Assembly: GCF_006345805.1 (NCBI RefSeq)
Contig: NC_043000.1
Location: 97,154,001 to 97,218,000 of the forward strand
Length of the DNA: 64,000 nucleotides
DNA from: Octopus sinensis
Lineage: Eukaryota
Direction of reading: 5' to 3'
In this document: positions 12,906-25,496 of the stretch, in pieces
How the letters are laid out: every line of letters starts with the position of its first letter
How positions within the stretch are numbered: the first letter of the stretch is position 1
Made by a program: the position numbers and the translations under genes
Notes under the pieces: generated by a model
What the model was told of the DNA's origin: nothing
Seen by the model: only the letters and a program-made list of their open reading frames with translations
Databases searched by the model: none

Positions 12906-13264
12906 TGGAATATATGTATAATATATGTTCCAAAAAAGAGACTGTCAATGAAGGTATGATAGGGCATGGCGTAAGCCTCTAAATTCCTTTCAACACTAAA
13001 GCATGACTCTACTTGAAAATTGAAAATTACAAACGAAAATTGAGATCAAAACCCTCTAGTTACATAAAGTCACCACTCTAATCCATCTTTCAGCAAATTT
13101 ACTTGAGGGCATCATTTCTAACCTCCACTCTTACTCTACTTTTAAAGTGGTACTTAAAATGTATGTATGTATGTATGTATGTATGTATGTATGTATGTAT
13201 GTATGTATGTACGTATGTATGTATGTATGTAGACAGTGGAAAACTAATACTATTTGTCACAAAA

Positions 13265-14095
13265 AAGAAACGAGCAAAAGATTTATGCTTTCAAGGAAAT
13301 CAGCAAATTGACAGGCAGTCGTAAGGAGAAATACGAAACCACAGAAACTGCGAAATAAGGTAACAAAATGCCATCCTGAAAGTATTTAAGAAAAGTTCCT
13401 GTATGGCCAATATCCAGTAAAAATAAAGAGGGTGAAAATAAACGACTATTGCTGTACTTACTAAGAAGTATATAGCTCAAAGCTGTGACTGATTGTGACA
13501 AAAGATCAAAGCCTTCCAATACAAAGCACCAAAATCATATACACGAAACTTATTAAGTAACTGTGGAACATACAATGGTTAGGAAGAACCAATTAAATAC
13601 ACTGTATTTGGTTGCCCAGTCTTAGCCAAGACAGAAAATTCTTACAGACATAACATAATTGGGATTTCATACACTGGAAATTATGCCGGCATTATGAACT
13701 ACATATAAAAAGAGATTAATTCCTATAATGGTTACGGAAAAATGACAAAGGGTCAAATGCGGGTGTGTATCAACTGACACGATAGGAAGCCCAAGATAAA
13801 TAGGATGGATGCTGTAGTAAAAGACCAACAGGAAAACAAAAGTAACCTGAGAGAATTCTCGATCCAAACAGATAATAACGTATTGCTAAAAGAAATATAG
13901 AAAATAATTCAGTATATAAAATTCTGGAAAATAGATATAACCAGAATGTGAAGAGTGAAAGCAAGAACAACCCTAGCAAATGTGTAAAAATCCCCAAATA
14001 ATTATACAAACCAAACATCGGGACTTAAAAATATGCAGAGAATAGAGAATATAACACTATTAGGAACTATACATATTTTATAATAGAGCATGTAA
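13265..14095 (+). mobile_element. Very degraded R4/Dong-like LINE 3' fragment
   Basis: Remnants such as LKAVTD, QDQSL, GCPVLAKTE..RH and IH.WKLCRHY are collinear with the 10638-11933 ORF. Confidence 0.65.
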
Positions 14096-15270
14096 AATCA
14101 AAACAAACCTAACAAAATATAAAAACGGTCGTATTCCAATGATCGAAGCTAATGTTAGAATACGACCGTACGTGAGAAGTTTCGGTGACATATTTCTCCT
14201 CTTGTACGACAGCGTCCGGCCGCATCCCAACATAACATAACATAATGTTATATATGCCATAATACATGTTTAATATACAGTGCCAAAGTAAATGTATAAA
14301 GGGACGCCAAAAACCGTTCTACTTTTATAAAGAGAAGATAGATTTTATTCACAGTGTACAAAGTGATTTTTTATTATTAGCGTAGTGTTGTGTCATGAAT
14401 GCATGCTTATAATATTTGTGTCTGTGTGTTCGTGTGTGCGACAGATGTACAGAATAAGATATGCAAATACAACAGAGCATAAGAGAAGTCTCAACATTTT
14501 GAGTTAAAATGAAGTTATTTTACCAGTTCATGTAGTACACGATAATGAGTTCTATACAAGATTTGAGTCTCAGAGCTGAGATTAGTTGAATCACTTGTTG
14601 TGCATATTTTTCTCTTGATATAGATATTCTTTTAGATATATATACTGCAACTGTTTTTCCGTGGTGAGATTTTCACACTAACAGCATGAGTTGAATCTGT
14701 ATTTATCTTGTGTACAAGTTGAAATATTCGTAGATGGAGACGATGTTGGTGATGACGTTACGTCTGTCGCTTGGTTTACAATAGCGTCTTCATAGTATGG
14801 TTGGCTTGGTTGTCGTCTGCCTTTCGAACTGGAACATGGTTGAGTAAGATCTGTGTGGTCTCCGACCAAGACCTTAAAAGGTCTTAAGCCGAAAGACGTT
14901 GAATCGTGATATGATCAGCCTATTTAAAGAGTTAAGATGGCTCAAATGAAAAGTCCTATCCGAAAGCCGTGTTTGGTCAGTTTACACACTGGCGCGAAAT
15001 AAGTAGAGAGACAGACCGCGCTTAGATGCTAACCAATCAGAATAGTGGACACAACAAGGTTAAACTAGCCAAAGATGTTTGTAATCTAAAACGAGATCAT
15101 TTCTAATGTTTTTCTCAAACAGTGAAGATAGCAATATTGCTACACTAATAATAGAATAAACGAATAAAAATCACACATATATGTGTGTGTATACATATCT
15201 ATGTATCTATACACACATATACATGCATACACACACACTCTCACACATACATCCAGACACACACATACGC

Positions 15271-15304
<34 letters not shown>

Positions 15305-15408
15305 ACAAAACACACGCACACACAAACACACACACATTTTTCTCTGCTATATGCAGTAGCCGAAAATCCTATTTTTTCGATTGGCAAAGCTAAGGAAATC
15401 CAGTATAT

Positions 15409-15454
15409 TTCATCTGATGAGCGGTCACTAGACTACGAAATGGTCTGTCAAGAA
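15409..15454 (+). ncRNA. Degenerate minimal type I hammerhead ribozyme
   Basis: TTCAT-CTGATGA-GCGGTC-ACTA-GACTAC-GAAA-TGGTCTG-TC-AAGAA. Stems I and II have one mismatch each; GUC triplet. Confidence 0.55.
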
Positions 15455-16191
15455 TCTCCCCACCCTCTTTTTTATCGCACTCGAAGTTATATGAATGTAT
15501 TTAAATTCACATAATTCCATTCCACAGCTGAAGCTTCCAAGTACTTGCACTTATTTTCATTGATCTGCACTGTGTTGTTATGCATAAAGAATATAAGTTG
15601 ACTTAATAACAAACTGTCTAAAGCACAAATGTCTAAATTAAGCTTCTACCACTTAGATAGCTTAATTTCTGCTTGCTTTATAGAGTAAAACTTCAGTAAA
15701 TAACAAGCAAGAATTACATGAGGCAGACTTGTTGCTATTACAATACATGTCAACGAATAGTTTGCTACCCTCCCCATGCCACACTCACACACGACACATC
15801 TCTGTGCAGATATGATCGCTCTATACTATCTACTATTTCTCCAAGTGCTCTGATGAAGAGTTATTAACCCCGAAATATTGAAGAAAGTCTTCTTTATCTC
15901 ATTCATTTTGCATTGATTTTGTCTTTTAACACATTTTAATCTAATTAGATATATATAATTAGATTCCGGCAGGAAGTGGGATTGAAAGCACCAGAATCAA
16001 ACTCCCTCATTGTCCAAATGCCAACTATTAAAGGAAGATTAATGAAGGTGCAGCTGCAACACCAGCTGGTGGTACCCCAGAGTGGCCACAGCTCTTGAAC
16101 TGAAACTAATAGAAACTAATATACGTATATAGATATATACACACACATACATACATACATACATACATACATACATACATACATACATACA

Positions 16192-16222
<31 letters not shown>

Positions 16223-16483
16223 TCATGAATAGATATGCGAAGTAGTGAGTGCGAGAAAACACATCTAATACCAATTCAAATATATTTGAGAGATACGCGA
16301 ACCCGCAAAAAGCTTTTCGCTTTCAGTTTGAGTCGGAGAAAAAAATTTACTTGAGGCATAAAGATGTAAAACGTCATAAGTAGTCAGCTCAGTGCACGCA
16401 CCGTCTGACTGATTGATAATGTATGTTTATTCTGATATGTATTTCGAACTCCCTAGTTCACACCAGCACAAGATACCAAAATA

Positions 16484-17102
16484 GACCTGAATGCATAATG
16501 CTGACTTGTGAAGAATTAAGAGTTCCAAGCACGTATAATCTATTTGTCCAATAGGGTAGTGCTCTGAACTGACTATGGCGTTTTCAAACTGTTTAGTCCC
16601 CAGCGAGAATTTTTTCTTTCTTCTTGACAAATTGCAGTGATAAGCCTTTTACGAGTTCGAATATCCTTTAGACATTTTTGAATTAGCATTATGTGTGTTT
16701 ATTCTCAGTCATTGCTTCGGGCATTTACTCACAACTTTATCGCTGCCCGGTAGCCAACATATACCATCAGCCAATAGTTTTCTTTTATTTGTTATATGAA
16801 GCATCATTTCTTAATCAGTTCAGAGTATATTGGCTACCAGGAAGCAATAAATTTGTGAGTAGATGCACGAAGCAGTTACTGAGAATAAACATACATTATA
16901 CCAGGTCAAAAAGATTTGAGAGATATTTGAACACGTAAAAGGCTTATCACTGCAGTTTGTCAAGGGAAAGGAATTTTCGCTTGAGAGTAAACAGTGTGAA
17001 AACGCCATAATCATCAGTTCAGAGCACTATCCTATTAGACTAATGGGTTACATGTACTTGGGACTCTTAGTTCTCCACAAGTCAGCATTATGCATTCAGA
17101 TC
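16484..17102. mobile_element. Foldback MITE with ~280-bp imperfect TIRs and a TA TSD (Tc1/mariner-type)
   Basis: TA|GACCTGAATGCATAATGCTGACTTGTG ... CACAAGTCAGCATTATGCATTCAGATC|TA. Arms ~16484-16763 and ~16825-17102 are visibly diverged. Confidence 0.8.
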
Positions 17103-17651
17103 TAAAGTTTTCAACATTTTTTTTTTTAAAGGACGGAGATTGACGATTGATTCTAAGCAACTACATACATAAAAAAAAAGCATCTAATCGAGACACATTT
17201 ACAACACTTAAGAATACTTAACTACAACATCTGTCAAATAAAACTCTGAGAATCTCAGACTGGATGACCAGAGCTGAAAATATCTTCTTTAATTATAATA
17301 AGTCTACTCGATCAGGATTGACCTAGGGGCGAAGTCACACATTCAAACAGCTGTACAGACAGACAAGTGAAAACGACCAGACAGTCAGGCCACCAGACAG
17401 TCAGTCATACACTCAGACAGCCAGCAGCATAAACAGTCAAAGAGAGGGGTGGTACTTATAGCGTCTTTTCGAGCGCAAGTATAAGTATTTGATTTATAAT
17501 TTCCTTTCCACCCAAGTTCGCACCAAACAATTGCCACAAGAAGGTAAACAATACCAGTTGTTTATACAATGATTATCAAATTCTCCTCGAGGCATTTCGA
17601 TTGATTTATTTATTCATTTGTTTAAAGTTTTTTTTAATCGTAGGTGTTCGT

Positions 17652-17674
17652 ATGTGTGTGTGTGTTTACATATG

Positions 17675-17733
<59 letters not shown>

Positions 17734-17762
17734 ATATGTATGTATATATACATATGTGTGTA

Positions 17763-17795
<33 letters not shown>

Positions 17796-17850
17796 TGCAT
17801 ATATATATGTATATATGTATGTATATATGTATGTATGTATGTATATATAT

Positions 17851-17889
<39 letters not shown>

Positions 17890-17892
17890 CAT

Positions 17893-17932
<40 letters not shown>

Positions 17933-17969
17933 GCATATATATATGTATATATGTATGTATATATGTATG

Positions 17970-18000
<31 letters not shown>

Positions 18001-18113
18001 CCATACATACATATATACATACACATACATACATATATACATATATATATGCATATATATATAATATATATATGTATAATATATATATATATATACAACA
18101 CATATGTATATAT

Positions 18114-18175
<62 letters not shown>

Positions 18176-18180
18176 GTATG
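17652..18180. repeat. Compound (TA)n/(TATG)n/(CA)n microsatellite; similar tracts at 19255-19540, 37400-37880, 43390-45120, 63180-63620
   Basis: Direct reading; source of the spurious YI/IY ORFs. Confidence 0.95.
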
Positions 18181-19252
18181 TTTGTATGTCTTTGTGCATG
18201 TGTGTGTCTGTTTTACTGGTACTTGTTGCTATAGTTGTTGGCTTCATTCCTTTTTGTAAGCTTTTTTGTTAATTTTTTTTTTTTTTACCATATAAAACCT
18301 CCTACCGTTATTGCTACTATTATTATTATTATTATTGCTGTTGCTACTGCTATTATTATTATTGTTATTATTATTATTATTATATTATATATTTTATTAT
18401 TATTATTATTAATTATTATTATTATTATTATTATTATCATTATTATTATTACTATTGATCAAAAACATTTTCAACACAGCTGTTAAAACATTGCAATACT
18501 TGAAATGAACTCATTTGAAGTTCGTTTGCTTTCCTTACATCTCTTCCTCTCTCTGTCTCTCTCTCTCTCCTTCGCTCTCTCTCTCTCTTCGCTCCTCTCT
18601 CTCTCTCTCTCTCTCTCTATCTGTCTGTCTGTGTGTCGACCACAGCGTACCAGCCAGAAAACAGCTAACCAAAGGCTAACCACAGACCCTCAAGGCAAGC
18701 ATTTTCAGTTACCCCACTACCCCTCAAAATAAATTAATCGATTTAGCAACTCAGATCTTCATTTTTTCATTCTCATTTCCTCTTCCTTTTTCCCTGTCTC
18801 CTTCACATTTTACTGTTCTCTCTCTCAATACCTATGTACCTATCTATATGTCTGGTTATTTTTCAATCTAGAATCCTACCTGCTTCACACACACACACAA
18901 CACGTATGTATATATATATGTATATACATGTGTGTGTGTGTGTGTGTTGTGTGTGTATGTTTATGTATGCATGTATGTATGTATGTATGTATATATGCAT
19001 ATACATACATGTATATATACATCCATATTCTTATCTTTTATCATTTCATTAGGCTACGGCCATACTAGGACACCGCCTGAATCGAGCCCAATACTGTTTT
19101 AAAGTCTGGAGCTTATTCTATCGGTTTCTTATACAGAACTGGTAACTAGCGGGGATGTAAACACCCCAACACCGTTGTCAAGAGATGTTGGGGGACATAC
19201 GCAGATATAAAGACGCACACACACACACGCGCAAATATACACACACATATGC

Positions 19253-19291
<39 letters not shown>

Positions 19292-19318
19292 TCTCTCTCT
19301 CTATATGTATATATATAT

Positions 19319-19355
<37 letters not shown>

Positions 19356-19356
19356 T

Positions 19357-19389
<33 letters not shown>

Positions 19390-19426
19390 CTATATATATA
19401 TATATAATATATATATATATATACAC

Positions 19427-19457
<31 letters not shown>

Positions 19458-20344
19458 CATATATAACATATGTATATATATGTATGTATATATGTATGTA
19501 TATATGTATGTGTGTTAGTGTGTGTGTGTGTGTGTGTATGCACACCACACACTCAATCATCCTCAATGCTGCACCAGTCAACCTCTACTTCTACATCTGT
19601 TTCGCATACTTGCTGTCATCCGTATCAACATCACCGTCACCATCATCACCATCATAACCATCGCCAGCAGCAATGGCATCTCTGTTACTTTTGATTTGCT
19701 CAGAGTTATTGGTATTTTCCGTATTATCTATTTCATGTTTTGTTTTTGTACTCTGTCTGTTCCTCTTTGTTTTCTTTGTCCTGCCACTTCTGTTCTTTTT
19801 CTTTTTCTTCATTTTGTTGATGCTGTTGCTTACTTCTGCCATTGTTGGGCGCCTTTCACTTTAATATCAATATTTCTGGATTTCAGTACAAAATCTTTTA
19901 AAAAAAAGTAATGCTGTTTTATTGTTTGTGAACAAGACACTGCTGGAATGTTTTAAACCTAAGCCCCATTATATCGGGATCGACGAAAAGCCTATGTTTT
20001 AGGCCTTTTATTTAATCTTTTTGTTACTGTTTTGTATTCTTCATAGGATATTAGTGAGAGATAATAGCCGCAAACACTGTAGATAGATAGATGCATAGAT
20101 TCAAAAATAGATAAATCATGGTTTCCAAGCACAGAAAAATTCTAGCACGAGGCTAGCAATTTTGGGCAAGGGTGTAAGTCGATCACATCAACCTTAGTGC
20201 TCAGCTGGTACTCATTTTATCGACCCTGAAAGGATGAAAGGTAAAGTCAGCCTTGGCGGAATTTTAACTCGGACGGACAAAATTCCGCTCAGCTAAAATT
20301 TTGGCCGGCTAACGATAACTACCAGCCTTATATTGATTATTATT

Positions 20345-20651
20345 TTTTATGAGCCCTTTTCAAGCCTAGCCTGACTCATGGGCCTGGTTTCCCGGTTTCT
20401 ATGGCGTATATGTTCCCCCCAGCTAGACGGGCCGCCAGTCCATCGCAGCGTTACTTAAGAATCAGGAAGAAAGAGTGAGAGAAAGTTGGGGCGAAAGAGT
20501 ACAACAGTGATCGCCACCAGCCCCTGTCGGAGCCTCGTGGAGCTTTAGGTGTTTTCGCTCAATAAACACACACAACGCCCGGTCTGGGAATCGAAACCGC
20601 GATCCTCCGACCGCGAATACTCTGCCCTAACCACTGGGCCTTGCGCCTCCA
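20345..20651 (-). mobile_element. tRNA-derived SINE (family 3)
   Basis: Minus strand reads GGAGGCGCAAGGCCCAGTGGTTAGGG (box A) ... GGTTTCGATTCCC (box B) ... GCGATGGACTGGCG ... A-rich end. Confidence 0.8.
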
Positions 20652-21800
20652 TAAAAATAAATGCGCCCTTTTAAAGCCAAAATGATAAACAGAACAAGTA
20701 AACGCAGGTGCAATTATAAACACAAAATATTAGCTGTTTCAAACGAAGAATATGTTTGTAATATGAGCACAGATGCTGGTAGTGAAAAATGACAGCGTAG
20801 ACAATAAGAAACGTAGTTTTGCAAAGAAAACCTTTGGATATGAGATTGCACTTAAAGAAAAAAATAAAGAAAGAGTATAGAAGTATAAAAATTCCGCTTC
20901 GTTGCCGGAGAATTTTATATCTCAAAAGATAGGAAAATTACATATCTCTGCTTCTCGAAAACCAGAACGACATTCTGTGTCTCCACGAAGGAGTAATGAT
21001 CGGAACTCCTAGCCAGTATGTGGGACAATATGGTTTCAGTCAAACAGAGGAGGACATATAGGACACTTGAATATCAAAAGCGAGGATGTCACTAGAAGAC
21101 AAGACCTCTTCTAGACAGTTGGTTGGTGCACCGCAAACTTTTCTATAGTCTGGTGTCGCAATATATAAAGCAGCACAATATAATGGTCACGACTAGAAGC
21201 AGCATCGAAAGCATAAATGCACACATTCTCAGAGAAACTCGCTCAAAACTTAGACTGCACGCACTTACACATACGTCTACTCTATTAAAATTCTACTTTT
21301 AATAAGCAAGCCTCATCCTTTCCTTCAGCTCACATTGATACCATTGTTTCCTACTCCTTCTCATCCTCGCTCTCCTGCTGGTAAAGCGCACAGCTACCGT
21401 TACCCAACCCATCCCTCTCAACCAACACCGTCACTTGACCTTATTATGAAATTCCTACTGTCGTCACATCCCGGACCGCATCCTCCCACATTGTGAGACG
21501 ATGTAATCGATTGATCAGCCCTTTCCCTCAAAACTGTTGGCCTTGAGCCTAAATTGAAAAAGGAATTCAAGGAGGCGAACTAGTGTATCACTAAAGCGCC
21601 GGGAAAATGTTTTGCGATATTTCTTTAAGTTCTTATCATACTGAATTCAAATCCCTTCGAAATCAACTTTGCGCTTCATCTTCGTGGATTTTATAGTTTA
21701 AAGCATCAAATCTGATATTGTTGGTGTCAGTTCCCCTCGAAACTACTGGCCTTGTGTCCAAATTGAAAATATTATTATTATTGTTCTTGTTGTTACTATT

Positions 21801-22205
21801 AAGGCGGCGAGCTGGCAGAATTATTAGCACGCTGGACGAAATGCTTAGCGGTATTTCACTCGTCGTTACGTTCTGAGTTCAAACTCCTTTGAGGCTGACT
21901 TTACCTTTCATACTTTCGAGGGTCGATTAATTAAGTACCAGTTACGCACTGGGGTCGATGTAATCGACTATTCCCCTCCCCAAAATTTCAGGCCTTGTAC
22001 CTATAGTAAAAAAGGACCACGCCAGGCAAAATGCTTAGCGGCATTTCACCGTCTTTACGTTCTGAGTTCAAATGCCGCAGAGGTCGACTTTGCCTTTCAT
22101 CCCTTTCGAGGTCGATAAATTAAGTACCAGTCAAGTACTAGGGTCAATGTGATCGACTATCCCCCTCCCTACAAAGTCCCGGCCTTGTGCCTATTGTAGA
22201 AAGTA
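21801..22205 (+). mobile_element. Dimeric Meta-SINE-like SINE; other copies at 20135-20330(-), 22240-22430(-), 28201-28415(+), 48682-48892(-), 50392-50600(-), 53770-53915(-), 56118-56335(+), 56525-56760(-)
   Basis: Same head, box B and core as 3458-3857. Confidence 0.85.
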
Positions 22206-22544
22206 TTTTACTTAATCATGTTATTGATTTCAGATTTTGGCTCTCGGCCAGCAATTTCGGGGGAGGGATAAGTCAATTACATCGACCCCAGTACTCAACT
22301 GGTACTTATTTTACCGATGCCGAAGTGATAAACGACAAAGTCGACCCCGACGGCATTTGAACTCAATGAAAATTCGGAACAAATGCCGCTAAGCAGTTTT
22401 TCCGACGCGATAACGATTCTGCCAGCTCTCCTTTTCATGTTATCATATTATTATCATTATTATTATCGATGTAACACGAGCGAATTGCCCTGTAGTGCTA
22501 TTTTCAGTATGAAGTATATGTTATATGGGTTATCGAGTTTTAAA

Positions 22545-22629
<85 letters not shown>

Positions 22630-23708
22630 GTGTGTGTTTGTGTGTTTGTCAGTATCACATTTTATCAATCACATTCACGTATTATTATGGGAGTTGACTC
22701 TGGTTTTAATTCTGGCTATCTCTCTTTCTATGTTTTATATCTAACAAAAATAAATAAAACATAAACAGCGAAAAATTTTAAAGGAAAATAGCATTCAAAC
22801 TACAAAGACACAAAACAAAAAAAAAACAGCAAAACAGCAAAGGACAGAAATAACAAAAACCTCACTAAATCTAACCCCCAAAATTCCAAGAGAATACCGA
22901 TCAACAAAAGCCGAACCAGAACAGCACCAATGAAAATAAGAAAACGAGTGATTATAAGAAAGATCTAAGAATAGAAAGTTCTAAAGCTGGAACTTTCGAA
23001 AACGACAATGATCTAAAGGTGGAAAGTATTAAATCGATATTTTCTTACTATAATCTGGTCTTTCTATAGATATGGGTTTCTTTATTATGGACCAACGAAA
23101 TACCATAAGAAAAGATAAAACTTTACTATGAAATAGTGACAATAAAAAACGCAAACTTGGCCATCATAGACATACTGGAAACAGATGAAAACGTCAATAT
23201 CATCCCTTGGATAATTCAATTAATCCATGCAGAAGTGGTGGTGGTCACAGAGAAAACGTGTACTTCCTCAAAAGTTCTGATGTAGAAACTTCTGCACACA
23301 AGTAAAACAACGAAATGTATGTGAAAAATAATCATTCAGAGAAATATAAAATACGAAATAAAAGGGGTTTTCTCTACAATTATTTTCTTTTTTGTTCACA
23401 GGATATGGCCGTTGTAAGAAGCTTGCTTCCCAGCCACTTGGCTCTAGGTTCAGTCCCTCTACGTGACACCTTAGACAAGTGCAATCTGCTATGGCTTCGG
23501 GCCGACTAAAATGAGTGGATTGGCAGGCGGCAACTGAAAGAACCCGTCGTATAAGTGTTGTATATATTATATATATATATATATAATATATATATATGGC
23601 GGGGTTGTGCCTTTGTCTCCCATTAGCGCTTGCCTGCCAGTGTCGCTGTGTTTACGTCCCCGTAACACAAACACACATACATACATACATGTACATATGC
23701 ACACACAT

Positions 23709-23753
<45 letters not shown>

Positions 23754-23795
23754 TAGTTATAAAATGTCGAGAAGGGATAGAGTAGTAACATATAC

Positions 23796-23962
23796 TAAGC
23801 AGAAAAGCGATAGCCACATCTAAGTGGCAGATGAATGTTACTACTAGTTTAATCCCAGGCGGATTCTCCGCTTGCAACGAAAACCAGCTGGTGGAGAATC
23901 TGCCTGGGGTTAACTAGTAGTAACATCCATCTGCCACTTAGATGTGGCTACTCGCTTTACTG

Positions 23963-23966
<4 letters not shown>
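23796..23966. mobile_element. ~170-bp hairpin MITE-like element in (TA)n
   Basis: TAAGCAGAAAAGCGATAGCCACATCTAAGTGGCAGATG...GGATTCTCC / GGAGAATC...CATCTGCCACTTAGATGTGGCTACTCGCTTTACTGCCTA; ~75-bp arms, ~23-nt loop. Confidence 0.7.
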
Positions 23967-24004
<38 letters not shown>

Positions 24005-24008
<4 letters not shown>

Positions 24009-24620
24009 AATACAAAAATGGGACAAGAATGCAACAGGCGAAAAAAAACATCCAGTCAGTTAGAGGATACAAAAAGGGGCAAGAAAAAACAAGGACGGGT
24101 CATTCGGAGATTTCCTTCCTCAGTCGTGTTCTAAATCATCTTTGCAGTTTCGTCTGGTTATACTCGAGACTGCTCCAATCTGGCCAACTCCAAAGAAAAA
24201 CTAAGCTAAGAGTACTAGATTCCTTGGCAGAAAGCAGTGAATGTATACGAAACAAGGACGAAAAAAACGGAGAAATGGTACACAAATACAAATGCAGACA
24301 ACAGGACATAACAAAAGGTGGCTTTCGACTAAGGACAAATTAAATTAAGCTGGTGTGTGTGGAAGTGAAGTCTTACGGCCGGGACATAAGAGATGACAGG
24401 CATGGGAAGGAATATAGATGTCGCACGGATGGTAGTCAAACCAAGAAAGAAAGGTCAGGCCTAGCAGAACACCGGTCACGTAGAAGTAGAGGCGAGAGGT
24501 AGAGGCAGAGGGATAGAAGAATTAGGGAGGGAAGAGAAAGAAAGAGAAAAGAAGAAAAGTGACAGAGTGAAGTGAAAGAGGAGAGAAGACGAGAATGAAG
24601 GGAAGGCCAAGGTGCGTGTA
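24005..24620 (-). mobile_element. Penelope-like terminal repeat (pLTR-like), family C
   Basis: Minus strand: CT-rich region, structured motif containing CTGAGGA, T-rich tail ending in (TA)n. Layout matches the other pLTRs; no ORF. Confidence 0.5.
24114..24183 (-). ncRNA. Candidate permuted/pseudoknotted hammerhead ribozyme
   Basis: Minus strand: CCAGATT-GGA-GCAGT-C-TCGAGT-ATAACCAGAC-GAA-ACTGC-AAAGAT-GATTTAG-A-ACACGA-CTGAGGA-AGG. Stem III is a perfect 5 bp, GUC triplet, stem I 5/6 pairs, outer helix 6/7 pairs; stem II is only ~1 bp in this copy. Confidence 0.55.
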
Positions 24621-25030
24621 AAGTAACTAGGCATTAGAAATTGCTTATAGAATGTTTAGTATCACTGAAGTCATGACGAAAATATTCTTTAAACCGACAA
24701 CACTAATATATATGTAGGTATGTACATGTATGTAAATGTGCATATATATATATATATATTCTGTATTCCTAGCACATATTTCGCCTTAATGTACTGATAT
24801 ATGAAAAATATATGGCTTGTGTTAGTAATACCAGCGATTATAATTATTTTTATTTTATCGCAATTTGATTTGTTTACATATTTCTCGATAAATTATGAGC
24901 GCCAGGCGATATACCAGAATTCCCTAGTGTTGTCGGGACGTTCGGAGTCTCGCAGTGATATGATTAGTTAGGAAGAGTAAATCATTAGACGCACATGCTT
25001 CTAGTGAGTTAGGATCCCAGAAAAACAGGG

Positions 25031-25100
25031 TCTCACTGAAGATTCTCCCTGGGCAAATAAATTATCTTATTGCTGAAAAGAAAGAAACTGCAGTCTGAGA
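25031..25100 (+). ncRNA. Type I hammerhead ribozyme with palindromic loop 3
   Basis: TCTCA-CTGAAGA-[long stem II TTCT..GCAAATAA/TTATTGC..AGAA]-GAAA-C-TGCA-G-TC-TGAGA. Perfect stem I; predicted GUC cleavage after 25095. Confidence 0.8.
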
Positions 25101-25424
25101 ATTTACCGGTTTAGTAAATGTTTTTATCTTCATTTCACTTAATTTATCAAGCTTCTGTATTCCTAGCACATATTTCGCCTTAATGTACTGATATATGAAA
25201 AATATATGGCTGGTGTTAGTAATACCAGCGATTATAATTATTTTTATTTTATCGCAATTTGATTTGTTTACATATTTCTCGATAAATTATGAGCGCCAGG
25301 CGATATACCATAATTCCCTAGTGTTGTCGGGACGTTCGGAGTCTGCGCAGTGATATGATTAGTTAGGAAAGTAAATCATTAGACGCACATGCTTCTAGTG
25401 AGTTAGGATCCCAGAAAAACAGGG

Positions 25425-25496
25425 TCTCACTGAAGAATTCTCCCTGGGCAAATAAATTATCTTTATTGCTGAAAAGAAAGAAACTGCAGTCTGAGA
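25425..25496 (+). ncRNA. Type I hammerhead ribozyme with palindromic loop 3 (second unit)
   Basis: Same motif: CTGAAGA 25430-25436, GAAA 25480-25483, predicted GUC cleavage after 25491. Confidence 0.8.

Noticed and set aside
14678-14869. S/P/T-rich 63-aa ORF as a host exon
   Set aside because: No recognisable domain, splice partners or neighbouring exons.
15845-15885. CTGATGAAGAG...CCCGAAATATTG hammerhead-like motif
   Set aside because: Stem II is poor, there is no convincing UH triplet with a stem I partner; at best a dead relic.
17601-18272. Long ORFs rich in YI/IY/CV/HT (also at 19k, 37k, 43-45k, 54k, 63k)
   Set aside because: They are translations of stop-free microsatellites, not genes.
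21801-21900. tRNA-like heads as tRNA genes
   Set aside because: They continue into SINE cores and lack a full cloverleaf.
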